DNA of 64,000 bases from Vicugna vicugna (Eukaryota): contig MU059330.1 of assembly GCA_013265495.1 (NCBI GenBank), forward strand, positions 14,331,980-14,395,979. Direction: 5' to 3'. The position numbers and the translations under genes were made by a program. Below the pieces are notes generated by a model. The model saw only the letters and a list, made by a program, of their open reading frames with translations, made no database searches and was not told the DNA's origin. The first letter of the stretch is position 1; each line of letters starts with the position of its first letter. Below are positions 22,861 through 36,300 of this stretch, in pieces.

Positions 22861-24565
22861 TGTGGCCAATAGAAAAGTCATGAACTGAATATTTTAAATG
22901 CTCAGGGATGCCTTGGACCAAGGAGACCTGAGGCTCCTCTAAGAAGATGAGTTTTTGCCGCATCATGAATATACCCCCACGTGACTGCCCGGTGGGAACT
23001 GGACGTGTTGGGCTCACTCGAGTCAGGTCAGGGAGCTGTCGGGCGATTTGCAAGTGGACGTCAGCCTCTGGGGAGGAGAGGCGTGTGGGAAGTGCTTCTG
23101 ACAGTCGCGGGCTGATGCGTTCTCTCAGGAGACACAAGGGGTGGCCAGAGCCACGCCCTCCTGTGCTAGTTTCTCCATTGGGGCTGACGGCACAGGGACC
23201 CGGGGGAGGGGGCTCCAAGTGCCACATCCCCTCCTCAGGACACCAGAACGTTTTGGGGAAGCTCTCGGCGTGTCCCGGGGGAAGTGGGGCTTTCCTGGCC
23301 CGGCCCCGAGGTCGGGCGGGTCCCTGTGCTGCCTTCTGTCCTCTGAGGCTGTCAGATGCCCGTGTTGAAGGGGAGGGACGGGCCGCCCCGTGGTGGGTGG
23401 AGGCTCCAGGGGTCCCATACCCTGGACTGCCCCGGGGACGCCCCCCCATGTGCGGTGCAGAGTCGCTGCGGCCACTCAGTGCCCTGGAGAGAGTAGAACC
23501 GTCTCAGAATGAGGGACAGCATCTCCGTGATGCCCTCGGACCTTCACAAGGAGCCTTCTTCCTCTGGGCCCTTTTCCCGTCGTCAGCAGATGGAGGACAA
23601 CTTGGTTATGGGCTCCCCCTGCCTGGGGGCCAGTTTCTGGGAACCACTGGGCAAGGCTGCCCTGGAAGAACTTGCAAATAGAGGCAGAAAAGAGGGAGGG
23701 ATGACCACAAGGCTGGCGTGGCCGCGCTGATTCCCGCGCGGCCAAAACGTCCTGGCAAGCAGGCTGCGGGAACCGCCCCCTCCCTCCTGCGAGCAGCAGG
23801 GAGACAAGTGACACCCGGTCTAGTCCGCGCGGGCCGCGGCCCAGCTCCACACCCTGCAGGCCACGTGGGCTGCTGGATGGTCACAGGAACGGGTCCTGCC
23901 AGCACCGCCTCGAGGAGCTCCCAGTGCGTGGCCCACGGAGGGCCCTGAGCCTCCCCATTTGAAAGCCTCCTGACCTGGCCGTGTGGCCAGGGCCTGCCCC
24001 TGAGACCTGCTGGGTCCATCCCAGGCCAGGGTGATCGTGGTCACCATGCCATCCTGACGGAGACTGGGACCTGCTGCCCGGAATGAACTTGCATGGAATT
24101 TGGCCAGCAGGTTGAGGTCCGACGGCTGGCGTCGCGAACTCATCGGCCCCGTGGGATCTGAGCTCTGGCTGGAGCCGGGCTGGGCCTCACGCTCACCTGC
24201 CTCTTGGAGACCAGCGCCCTCAGCCTGGCTCTGAACTCTGACGACCGTGGATGCCGGTGATGGGTGAGGCTGAGTGCCCCGCTCCCAGGCACTTTGTTGA
24301 TTGTGGAGCGAGCTCTACAGATAGACAGGTAACAAAGCCTGGAGCCTTGGGCTGGCGCCGGACAAGACGTGAAGGAGAAAGAAGGCGCCCTGGGCTCGGC
24401 GGCCACTTCTCTCAGTGGGCGGGCTTGTCCCAGGGGACGTTTGAGTGGGACCCAGATGACCTCGTCAGGCCCAAGACTCAACACAGAGAGGCCGGGGCTG
24501 GTCCCCTGGGGCAGGTGTGCCGCTCATGGGAGCCTCTCCTGCAGACGCCTCGGGGATGAGCACAG

Positions 24566-24648
24566 GTGTGTGTGTGCGCATACGTGTACATGTGTGCATG
24601 TGTGCACATTTGTGTGTGCGTGCGAGTGTGTGCACGTGTGCACATGGT
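24566..24648. repeat. (TG)-rich compound tract
   Basis: GTGTGTGTGTGCGCATACGTGTACATGTGTGCATG... Confidence 0.85.
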
Positions 24649-24844
24649 GGGGGTTGTGGCCTCATCACAGCCCTGCTTTTAAATAGATAAAATAATTGGA
24701 AACAGCCTCACGTCCCCCAGCGGGAACGAGGACAGTCACCACTCCCGCCTGGGGGACGCCGCGCAGCCTTCAAGCGGCCAGGACCCGAGCAGACTTGGAG
24801 GAAGAACGCCCACCCCAGACTTACTGTTGAGAGAAAGACGTAGC

Positions 24845-25060
24845 CAGTTTCAGAACATATTTTTGCTATGATCCTATTTGTACAAAAGTAATTCTATCTG
24901 ATTTGCATGGGGTGTGTCTGGAAAGACGCATATTAAATTGTTAACAGAAGTTACTTCTATTAGAAGAAGGAGAGAGGCTTTTTTTCAGTTCTGAACTTAA
25001 AAAAATTTTTTTTACAATAAACACATGTTTTTTAATAGATGGGAAAAATTTTTAAAAAGT
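24845..25060 (+). mobile_element. L1ME-like 3' end
   Basis: GTCTGGAAAGACGCATATTAAATTGTTAACAGAAGTTACTTCT...TTTTTTTACAATAAACACATG resembles the L1ME3 terminus. Confidence 0.65.
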
Positions 25061-25788
25061 ACAAGTTTAAGGGGAGGCGGATGGTAGCACCCCTCCCCCG
25101 GGGATCGTTGGCTCCAAGAAATCAGCCTAGGGTTGATTGCAGACCAGAGTCCCTTGGCAGCAGAGTCTCACTCCCAGGACTGGTTAGCTGGCTAACTAGT
25201 CCTCAACGCTTTGGTTCTAAGGTAACTGACTAGCTCTACCGGGCAGCCCCCAGCAGGGAGGGCAGAGGAAAGGGGGGCTCCGAGGAGAGGGGCACTAGGG
25301 AGCTGCCGGGAGGGGCCTCGTTCTTTGCAGACTAGTCCGGGAAGCTGAGCTGGGTGGCCTGGGCGGGGGCGGGGTGCGGTTTGGTTGCTCATTTAGCTTC
25401 AGAGGTAAAAGGGAGTGAGCACCAGACTTCTTCGCCGAAGTCCGATGGTTGGGGCTGGTGTTCCTCATCAGTGCCGGACACCGGGTCGACCCCGCCGTCT
25501 GGCAGCTGCACCCCCAGCGCTGGGCTGCTTCTCTGACCGCTGGGGGCTGGACCCGGGCCCCAGCTCCAGCGCTGCCCCCGAGACGCACGGAGCTGGGGAG
25601 GGGGCTCTGCTGGGACATCAGCCGGGAGCAGACCTCTCTCTCCTGGGTGGGGCTCCTCCTGCTGGACCTCATCCCCGTTCTCACCTCACCCGCACCTGCA
25701 TTGTGGATCCCGGAGCAGTCAGTCCTGCCCAGCGTCTCCGGAAAGGCGTGTGAGTGGCTGTGGCGAGTCAGGGGTCAGGTGGGTCCTG

Positions 25789-25897
25789 GAGAGACAGAGT
25801 CAGAGACAGTGACAGAGGGAGAGGCAGAGACAGAGTGACAGAGAGACAGAGCAACAGAGAGACAGAGCGACAGAGTCAGAGGGAGAGACGAGACAGT
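25789..25897. repeat. GA-rich (GAGACA)n-like low-complexity tract
   Basis: GAGACAGAGTCAGAGACAGTGACAGAGGGAGAGGCAGAGACAG... Confidence 0.85.
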
Positions 25898-28800
25898 GGC
25901 GAGGGCCAGTGCGGGCCCACTGCAGGCTAGCCGTGTGGGCTGAGCCATCCTTCGGCGGAAGGCTCCTTCAGCACAGACACGGGGACACTGCACGGAGCTC
26001 TGGGGCACCTGGGCACACTGGTCAGGCTGTCACTTGGTCACCTGCGTCCCTTGAAGCCCAGATCTGGGAATGGTAGTTGAGTGTGTGCCCCTGAGAACGT
26101 TTTCGCCTGGTGTTTTATTTCCCAATCTCTCTTAACCCGAGGGAGTGAATCGGAGCCAGGAGCAGCCCACGCCCTCCGTGGGGCACCGGCCTCACCCAGA
26201 CACACCTGTGGTTTTGGCTCTGGGAGTGGACGTGCTACTCACTTCGGAGAAGGACCGGCAAACAATGTGTGTCTGTTTATCCTTTGAAACTGCAGTGTAA
26301 ACGTTCAGAAGCAAGGGGGCTCCAACTGCAGTTTGATTAAACTGAAAAGGACCACGGTGCCAGCCACCCCGGAGGCCCCTCCCAGCCAGTGCCCACTAGA
26401 CCCCTCGGGGCCCAGGCACCCTGCAGATTTGGTGCTGCTGCCCCCGCACGCGTCCTGCATGCGTCTTGCATGCGTCCTGCATGTGCCCTGCATCCTTGCT
26501 CCAGTTTCCGGCTGGCGCTGTTGTCAGTGCTGCTTCCAGACCCCGCGAGCCGGTCTGAGGGCGCCCTCTGAACTCCCCGCTGAGGCTGCCAGCCGTGGGC
26601 GGGAGCAGGGCCGCGGGGAGGGCGTGCAGGGAGCAGGGCAGACGCCACCAGGCAGCCTCCCGCTGGAGCGGCTCTCCGCCTCCCTCCTGCGGCCCTGCGT
26701 CCTCGCCCCTTGGGTCCCCCAGCCACGCGGCCTCTGCAGAGTCGGCTGTCACAGGTTGAGCTGTGTGTCCCTGCTTATCAGCCCACTGAGCCCCTTCCTG
26801 TCGCTGGAAAGCCCCCTTGGGAAGTGCTGGTTCGGGCCCTTGGCCCGGTTTCCAGCATCCGTCTGCCCAGCTCTGGAGCGAGCGTCCCTGGTAGCCCCGG
26901 GCACCGCCCCACGTCGTGCCCGCGTGTCCCTGCCGCGTCTCCCGGGCTGGGGCTGGACATTCCCCTGGTGCCTCGGATGGACAGACAGACGCTCTCAACC
27001 TCACTGAGGCCCGGTTGACCCCTCCCTTCTTTCATGAACACAGCTCCTCTGCCCTGGTTGAGAAGTCTGCCTCCGGGTCATGAGGACACGTCCCTGTTTC
27101 CTCCAGAGGTCTGTTTCTCGAGTCCCCATGTAGGCCTGTGGTCCACTGTAAATTTTTGTTTCTGACAGCAGCGCAGGCCAGGGTTCCCGTTCCCTCCCAC
27201 GTGGGTACTCCGGGGACCATTCGCACCAGCTACTGGAAAGTCTCCACTATCTGCAGACCTCATGCGCTCTGTTCTGGGTCACTGTCCCTGCTGCCCGGCC
27301 GCAGCCACCCAGGCGGGCAGAGCCGAAGGTGCCGGGGCCTGGAGGCCGCCCCGAGGGCCCGGGCCACCCAGCCACCATGCAGTGAGAGTCAGGGCCAGAC
27401 ACACGGGCCGGCAGGGTCTGTGAGAGAGCCCGGGAAGACTGGGCCCGGCGGCTGCCCCTCCCACGGGCCTCCCGCCCCCGCCCCCACCCACAGGCTCCAC
27501 AGAGGGCCCTTTCTGAGCCACGGGGACGTCCGGAGTGCTCTGGGAGAGAAGAATGCATTGTTTTCCAGGAAAGCGTTTGACGAGGCTCACCAGCCAAGGC
27601 AGCACAAGAGAAATAAATGAGACACAATCGAATCCTCTATTCGAAGACGTTCCCGACTCCGCTGCTCCTGCAGATGCGTCCGGCGCGACCTCCCTCCCCA
27701 GAGCCGCAGCCCCACGGGAGCAGCAGCCTTTCCCTTGGCTGAGGGTGTTTATTAGATCTCGACTGCAGTCACGAGAAACGGTTCCTACAAAAGTCAAGAG
27801 GAAAAGGAAACACGTCAAGGAAACGGGACCGTTCAGCTCATCTCGTCTTCAGGGGCGGCCGGGGCCCTGCAGCACCGAGGCCGCACCCACACAGAGCAGA
27901 GGCTAGACGTGCAGGCCAGGCGCCCCCAGCGCCTTGCAGACAGACATTCGGGGGAAGTGGACGACGGTCGGAGCCGTGCGTCTGTCACACTCGCTGCGGG
28001 AGGCAGCGCCTGCCCTTTGATGACTGCGCGAGCAATAAGCAAGTGCGGGAGAGAAGTCTGCCCGGGAGCCGCCCGTGGGGCCCCGTGGGCCCTGGGACCC
28101 GGCGGGTCCATGGCGTCTGGCCCTGCAGCCTGTTACCTGGTCCACGTTGTCCACCAGGAGTGGGCGGCTGAGCTGAGCCAACTTTGCCTGTGGCCTCGGC
28201 CTGGCCACCCGGGAGGGTGCTTCTGCCCCACGCTGGGGCCCCGACAGCTACACCTGGTCCCTGCAACCGACAGGTGCCTCCCGAGAGGGGAGTGTGGGCT
28301 CCTCATTTCTGAGTCTGAGTCCCTCTCACCACCACCCAGGTGCCCAGCCAACCTGAGCGAGAGTTTGGTGTCCCCTCCTGCCCTTGGCCCAGGGACCTCA
28401 TGGACAAAGAGTCTCGAAGAGATGTGATGCCCCGAACACCTCGCAGTGTGAAACGCACAGGCCTTCGCTTGTGTGTGATGAGGTCCTGGGGGAATGTGAC
28501 TTGTCAGACGTGCAGCGAAGACCCTGTCATAAGGGCTCTGAAGGCTCACGGTGCCCAGCTTTATAAACCGTTCAGTAAGACAAACACGACAAATGCTCCG
28601 AGGCCACAGGAGAGGGTGGAGCACTTTGTCCAGCTGAGCATCCTTCAAGCTGGTCCATAAAGTAAGTCCCAGCGGTCATTTCTGGAAACTTGTGAAAACA
28701 TAATTCTTTAGTTTATCTGGAAAAGAGAATCCAGTAGTAGCCAGGGAAGCCCTAGAAAGGAAGAGCAAGAAGGCACAGCTTGCCCTCAGGGGTGTTAGCT

Positions 28801-30284
28801 GTAAGGACCGTGCGCGCCCCTGCAGACCTCGCCCCGCGGCCCTCTTTGCAGTGCTGTGAGGGCACCGACAGGCCGAGCAGCTCGCACACGGCTCCCGGGG
28901 CCCAGCGCCCCCCTTCTGGCACATGGCTGGTCCCCGGCCTGGGGCCACGGCCTGGCCTCCCTGCCCATCCACGCAAACCACCTCCCTGTCCTCGGGCCGC
29001 GCCTGGCCGCGGGGGGCGGTGTCAGCGAGGACACCCCTCTTCCGGTCCGTTCGGGCAGTTTTTCCCTGCTCTCTCTCGTGTATGGAAGGCTGGTGCTGGC
29101 GTGGCGGGCCACACCGTCAGCCTGACTTTGGCCTGGGCGAGGCCAGCTTGTCGACTGACCCCGAGGTGTCTCTGCAGACGATTCTACGTCCACACACTCC
29201 CAACGGCTTGCCCTGCTCTTTGCGGGCAGGACCCTGCAAAGCCCGTTCGACACCAGGCGGGGATGGGGGCCGCCTGCCTTTCCTCCTGGTCCTGCGGGAG
29301 CACGCGGCCTCTGTGCGGCGTCCCACAGAAGAGGCACTTGATCCGGGCGGTGGGCTGGGGCTGCAGGGCTCCAGCTCTCGGCGAGTCCCGGGTGATTCCG
29401 TTCCCTGTGCCTTCTTGCACTGATTTTGGCGTCCCCTAGTTTTCCAGGAACGTCCCTCTTCTACTTCAGTTCTTGAGCGTGTTGGCGTCTAACCTCCGCT
29501 TTCTCAGCTGCACAGGCGGCAGAGGTTGGTGTGGCTATTATTTGTTTAGGTAACAATTTTGAGTAAGTAACATGTCCGTGTGGTTTAGCAAATATACAGA
29601 GAGGTGTAGAGTGGAACCCCCCCCCACCCTGGTCTCTCCCAGGCCCACGCCTTCTAGAGGCGACAGGCGTGTGCTTCCGGGTGGGGGGGGATCCTTCTCA
29701 GTCACATATGAGGAAACACAAGTCTGCCCCCATTTTTACAAAAAAGACAAGTTGTCCCTGAAAGATGCCAGACGGGGTTCCAGCCCTTGAGCACGTGTGG
29801 CGGCGTTTACAGGCCCCGACGTCCGGTCGTCGGGGAGAAAGCCCTGTCTGGCCGGCAGCTGTCGCTCTCCGACGTGCTGTTGGATCCTGTCACCCCAGAT
29901 GTTAGACAGACTTCCGCATCAGCATTCATGGTGCGAGGTTGGCCTATTCCTTTGTGTTTGGTGCATTCTGGGTTTTGGCATTGATGTTCTAAGCAATTCA
30001 TAAAGAGAATCCAGAATTTTCTATTCCTAGTCTCGCTCTGAAACCATTTAAAGAGCAGGTCTGGTGACCTTTTTCAGATGCAGGTCTTTGACAAATTCCA
30101 CTAATTTTTCTATGGAAAGCAGTCTATTTAAAGTTTATATGTCTTCAATTTCCTTTGGGTAAAGTACTCTTTCCTATAAAGGTTTCCATGTGACAGAGGC
30201 TTACACTGATTTAGATGGAAAAGGAATCAAGCCTGATTTTTACGTATTTCCTCTCCTTCCATAGCTATTTCCCCTTATTTTTTC

Positions 30285-33200
30285 CGATTAAAAATATTGT
30301 GGTAAAATACACATAACAAAATTTACCATCAGCAACATCAAGTGTATGTTTAGTGGCATTAAGTATATGCCAAATGCTGGCAACAGTCACCACCATCCAT
30401 CTCCATAACTCTCCTCCGCCTGCGAAGCTGACACCCAACTCCATTGCATAGTAAGTCCCCGTCCCCTCCCGTGGGCCCCGACACCCCCTCCTGCCTTCTG
30501 TCTCCAGGGCTCTGACGCCCTGCGCAGCTCGTGTCAGCGTGACCACACGGTGTCGGCATGATGTCCTCAGGGCTCGCCCGCGTGCAGCGTGTCTTGCTTG
30601 TATCCGATTGCCCGTGGCCTATGCTGGTTTACTCGTCGATGCTTTGCTGTCTTGCGAGTCTCGAGTGTCTTTCTCCACCCTGTTGATTGTGCCCTCCCGA
30701 GTTCACGCACACATCCGTGTCCGCGCTCGTGTCAGAGACTGCCGCCCTGTCACCTGCTTACAGAGGTCGGTGCTGGGGCCATTCTGTTCTCTTAAATCAT
30801 GCTGTGAAGCCTCACCTCCTTTCTTCTCCCCCGGAAGAGAGTATGTAGGACCGATGTCATTTCTTCCACAACATTTGGAAGAATTTTCTGGCAAAGTCAA
30901 CTGGATGTGGAGTTTTTGTGGGAACGTGTTTAGTAGGGCTATTCAGACTTAAATTTTTTCCTGTATTAGTTTTGGCAAGTTGCATTTTTCAGAATTTGCT
31001 CAGTGCGTCTAAGTTGTCACCATTATTGGCAGAAATTGTTCAGCGTATCCTTCCATGAATGGGTGTCTGTGGGGTCCCTAGTGATGTCTCAGCCTCATTT
31101 GTGACGTTGTTAATTGTGCCTCCCGATAGTCCACTTGATCAAACTTTCTAGGAATTTATTATTTTATTTTTATTATTCCATTTCAAACAAATAGCCGTTG
31201 GCTATTGATTTTTTTCTCGTGTATGCTTTACGGTTTATTAATGACTGATTTTATCATGACTTCATTCTAATTTATTGAGTGTACTTGTTTAATTTTCTGT
31301 CCTTTTTCCAGGTTCTTGAGTCAAGTACTTAGCTCTTTGATATTCAGTATTTCCCCTAATATTTGTACTGAAACTCACGCATTTTCTTCTCAGTGCAGCT
31401 GTAACCACGTCACACAAGTGTTTATACTTCATATTCTCATCATCATCCAATTCAAAGCACTTCCTAATTTCCACTGAGACGTCTCCTGGACTAATGGATC
31501 ACTTGTAAGTTTACGACTTTGTTTTCAAGCATTTGGAAATTTCCCCCATGTATCTTTTTGTCACAGTTTTGTGCACTTGTAACAAAGTGCCCACTGCAGC
31601 CGCCTGTTAGAAGCAGGGTCTGTGCCTGCCACTCAGCTCAAATCTATTTATCGTGTTTTTCAAATCCTCAGCATTTCTGCCGGGTTTTGTCTCTGCGTGG
31701 TGCAGCGTTCCCCGTCCTTTCACGTTTGTGTGTGAGCATGTGTGTGTCATTTGGAGGAACGTTGGTTTGATTTTTGTGTGTAACTCAGCCTGAAACCTTC
31801 ATCTTCTAATTAGAGAATTACTACACTGTACTGACTTAACGAAATCACGAGGACATTATTCTGGTGTAGCTTATGGCTCACTTGTGTCAAACTTACCACG
31901 CTACACTTGGCTTTCCAGTGGTCTCCTCTATTCCTCTAAAACCTCTCTCTGCTTGACTTTGACTCATCGGCTATCTCTTATGATTTCCCCCAAAGCTGTT
32001 TTCTGTTATTCTCTTAACACCTCTCCTCACGCGCCTTTGGTACAGGAGCGTCAGTGCTCACTCGCAGGTGGGGTAAGGCAAGCAGGCGTCAGCCCTCGAG
32101 CCCACCGGCCTGTGCCGTGGCTCTGCAGCCCGGCTTCAGGTGCAGTGAGTTCTGTAAGAGGCGTTATTGTTGCTGCTGCAGTCAGTAGCCATCTGGGTTT
32201 CTCCACTCACTTTTCCCTGTCTATTTTTCTTCCCCCAGTTTCCTCATTTTCTTGCTTTAAAAAACCAAGATTTATCTTCTGCCTGAAAAGTTTTCTCTCA
32301 CATTTATTTTGGTGAAAATCGCTGTTGACAAATGCTCCCACTTTTTTGTTCATTTGAATACAACCTGACTTCATGTTTACTTTCCAAAAGCACTTTAACT
32401 GGACAGAGAATTCTAGGTGAGCTGTTATTTCCCCAGGATTTTAAATAAATCCACTGGGGTGGGGGGTATAGCTCAGTGGTGGAGTGCATGCCTGGCATGC
32501 AGGAGGTCCTGCCATCAAGTCCTGCTACCTCCATTAAATAAGTAGATGAATAAAATTAATGACCAACCCCCCAAACAATGGAAAAAAAAAAGATCCTTCA
32601 CTTGTCTCCCAGCTCCCATCATTTCTGCGGGGAAGTCAGCTGCATGTCACGTAGTTCACGATTTTCCTCAGCTTTTATTTTCGACCCTTGGGCGCCGGTG
32701 CGCCCAGGTGCCGTTTCCTTTGTGTCTGTTTGGCTTCACGTTTGTAGATTTTCACGAACAGACAGTCTGATGTCCTTTCCTGGCTTGGGAAGCTTCTCGG
32801 CAAGTGCTTCCTCCAGCACTGCTCGCCCCTCACGCTCTCCTCTCTGGGGCTCCCTTGTGCCACAGCTTCGCACCGTGTCCCCTGCGCCCTCTGTGCAGGT
32901 ACCCCGTTTCCGTCCTTTCAGCGCTCACCCCGCTGTTCGCGGTGTTTTCTGCTGACTCTGCTGGTCCCCTGGCCTCTGCTCTGCGCCCTGACCCGTCCCC
33001 AAACCCATCCGTCAAGGGCTTAGCCTCAGCTGACGCAGATTTTAGTTCTAGTGTTTCCACTGAGTTGAAGAATCTTTTTAGTTCTCCTGTGGAATTGTCC
33101 ATCTTGTCACATTTCTGTGTACATATTACCAGTTAATTTAATTGTTAAAAACTGGCGGAGAAGGCCTGAGAGCAGTTCATTTAACACCCATGCCTGGGGA

Positions 33201-33350
33201 GCTCGATGTCTGCTCACGTCTGACTCTGTCTACACGGCCTCTTTGTTTCTTGGAAATTCTGAGTGCGTTCTGGATGCCGTGCGTGGAGACTGAGGCTTTC
33301 GATGGCATGTTTCCCTCCAGAGCCTGCTTATTTCACTTCTCGGGGGAGGC
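30285..33350 (-). mobile_element. Fragmented L1M relics (3' end, ORF2 and ORF1 pieces), interrupted by a SINE
   Basis: An L1MB-type 3' end lies at 30285-30560. ORF 31289..31474 (EIRKCFELDDDENMKYKHLCDVVTAALRRK) matches the L1 ORF2p segment [30 protein letters not shown]. The plus strand is T-rich. The span may contain more than one insertion. Confidence 0.75.
32456..32591 (+). mobile_element. tRNA-derived SINE, camelid-type
   Basis: GGGGTGGGGGGTATAGCTCAGTGGTGGAGTGCATGCCTGGCATGCAGGAGGTCCTG...TACCTCCATTAAATAA followed by an A-tail. An A-box-like TAGCTCAGTGG is present. It is inserted within an older L1 relic. Confidence 0.85.
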
Positions 33351-36300
33351 AAGCTCTGAGTCAAGGAATCTAAACGCCAGAAAGTTTAAAAATCACCAAA
33401 GAAAAAGCCACAAGCTAGGGCACTTGTAGCACCTGAGGCAGAGGTGTTAGCGGAGACAAGGTAGTTGAAATAAACACGGCAGCCGCCCTTCAGATTAAGG
33501 GAAGACATCGCCAGCAGGGAAAAGAAGCAACAAGGAGAAAGCAGAGCTAGCGGGTGCACAGCGGCTGAAAGAGCGAACTGCTCTTACAAGGTTTCAAAAG
33601 ATTTGCCCCCAAAACCCACAATGAAAACCTCAGAATAAAAAGGAACAAACCCCAGAAAAGGTGTGACATATGAAGAGAGAAAAGAAAGACTTAAGCTGTA
33701 TCTTGATAAAGTTTGTTGTTGTCTTAAGAAAACACTAAGGCCAAGAAAAGAAACACACACACACACACGTACACAGGGTAAAACTCCAGTGCCGTCGACA
33801 GGGGGCCGGGCCGGGCAGACCAGGGTCGGCCCAGGCTGAGTGTGTCTGTCCGCGCGAGCGCAGGCAGACACAAGGACGGGGCAGGGGAGGGCGGAGCGAG
33901 CGGACGACCGAGAGGCGCCAGGACGCATCCTGACACATTGGAAGTCTCTGAAGACCTGAGGGGCTGATGGGTGCGGGCCCCCGGGCTGGCTGGACGCCCC
34001 TCTTCTCGCTCCCCTCCTCCTTGCTGACCGCTACTCCTTGTCCCCAGCCGCAGCGCCCGCATGCCCAGGCCTTTGCTCTGGGGTTGTGGGGGGTGGGTCC
34101 AGGGACAGGTGCCATCCTCCTGGCCCACAGGTCACGTGACACCCCTGGCTCCTCTTGCTGGGACCACAGACGTGAGTTCCCAGGACACCCGCCCTGGTGT
34201 CCCCCCAGCACGTCCACCACCGCGTCTCCCTGCCCGCGGCAGCAGCCTCCCCCTCCAGACGACGTCCTGGGATTCGTCCTGGCCGTCCCCTCACGCTCCG
34301 TCCAAGCTGTCGACAGTCCTCTCAGCTCTGCCTTCGAAGCCCGCCGGGCCCGGGCCCCTCACTGCAGCCGCCTCCAGGCCCCGACAGCTGCCCTGGGCTC
34401 TTATGCCCCCACACAGGGTGTCTTCCACAGGAGCCAAGGGGCCTTGAAACTGAGAGCCAGGCCCAGACACCCCCGACCAAACCCCGAGGCTCCTCCCCGC
34501 TCCCAGTAAGAGCTGGAGCCTGGGCTCGCAGCCCTGGCTCGCCGCCCACCCGCCCCAGCTCCCTCCAGCCCACCCAGCCGGTCCTGCTCAGGACAGGGCT
34601 TCTCTGCCCAAGAAGCCCACGGGCCGGGTCCCACAGGCCTTCGGTTTCTGCTCAGGGGCTGTAATGCGGATGCACCCCCTCCCCTGGGCCCTGCTTTCCC
34701 GGCCGCTGCACAGACGCTGCACACGTAGGCATGCTCAGCATCGCCAGACAGCTGTGCCCCGGCCCAGGGCAGCGTGGCCCCACAGTGCAGGTCAGCGGCC
34801 CCAGGGCAGAGACGATGAAGACCCCCTCCTGTCCTTGCTGGGACACCCAGACCCCTGCTGCTTCCGGGGGCCGCCTCCCGGATGCGTCCTGAATGTCCTG
34901 GGGTCTGCGTGGGGGGATCACCCCCTGCTCCCCTCCTCCAGCCCACGTGGGCCTCGGCCAGCACCCAGGACGCGGTCTGCGCTCACTGTGTCCCCCGGAG
35001 GACGGCCACTCTTGAGGGCAGGGCCTTTATCTGCCTGCTGGGCCCTCAGGGCCTGGAAGAAGCACCCCCAAGCAGGCGCCCCAGGAACCGCTGAGAGAGG
35101 AGCAAAGAAAGGAGCCAGACAGAGGAGTGAGCGGGCGAGAGGGCTGCTCTGTGCAGACCCGGGAGGCGTCCGCAGTGAGGGCGGCGGGGGGACTGGGCTC
35201 CGACCCGGCCCCGCTGGGGTGGGGGGCTGCCATTATGGCCACCCTGTGACCCGGGTGAGGGGCGTGCTCTGCACACGCCCCCGGCCAGGTGGCAGTCGGA
35301 GAGGACACAAACCAAAGACAGCTGTCACTGGTCTTGGAAAACCAGGGCCGGCCCTGCCGGGAGTCCGAAGCCCCGTCCTTCCAGTTCTGCCCCTTCATAT
35401 GGAAGTAACACGGGGCCTCGCTCAAGACCCAGGCTCTTGTCTCAAACTAGGAATCAGACGTTCTCCTCGGAAAATGCCACGTCAAGCGTGAGCGAGGCTT
35501 TGACCTCCAGCTTCAAGGGGAGGTTAAATTAGCTCTAAACCATAGCGTGCGAGTTCGTCAAAAGCTGACACCACATTCTGCTGCCAATTAAAAGTGACTG
35601 TTGGACCCGCTCCTCTGAGTTGTCTGACTCTACAGGTACGTCGGGCCCTTTGCAAAGCCTTAAAGGCAAGGACAGAAGCACAGAGCTCAAAAATAATTAA
35701 TGCAATTTGAGGACAATGAATAAACCCCAAAGCCCCACAAAACAGCAGAACTTCATCAAAGCAGAAACAACAAATCTGTTTCCAGTTCAGATTTGAAACC
35801 CTACCAGTGGCCCAGGGTCTAATCTTGAGGAAGAGGCTTGCGAAACACTTTGGAACGAGGGCCGGTCCTGCCCACTCCGCCCCACAGGCTCGACACAGCC
35901 TCGGGCCCAGAGGGACGGCCTGTCCTCGGTGCTCCGGGGAGACACGCGCAGGGCGCCCGCAGACGCGGGGAGCCGCCGTCCGGAGGCCGGGCCGCGCTCA
36001 CGCGCTTCCCGGCGTCCGGCCAGGCAGCACTCGAACGAACGTCTGCTTTAGGGAACCTGACTTTTGGGAAAAACCCCCTTTTCTGGCAAGTTCGGCTCAG
36101 GGCCTTGCTGCCAACACACTTGCCTCCCCAAACGCCTTTGGAAACAGGAGACAGGAGGAGGGTTAACCGAAAGCCCGTCTGTGAAGACGATGAGGGCCCG
36201 TCCTCAGCTCGCGTCCAAACACACAGGCTCCTCTCAGTGTTTGTCACAGGGACCCGCCACCGCGGGACGCGAGCTCGTGGTGACTCGGGAAGGCACGAAG

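Noticed and set aside
26449-26493. 11-bp tandem repeat (GCGTCCTGCAT) x ~4
   Set aside because: Too short and unremarkable, with no supporting context.
32456-32540. tRNA gene
   Set aside because: The B-box is degenerate, there is no cloverleaf, and an A-rich tail follows. It is a tRNA-derived SINE.
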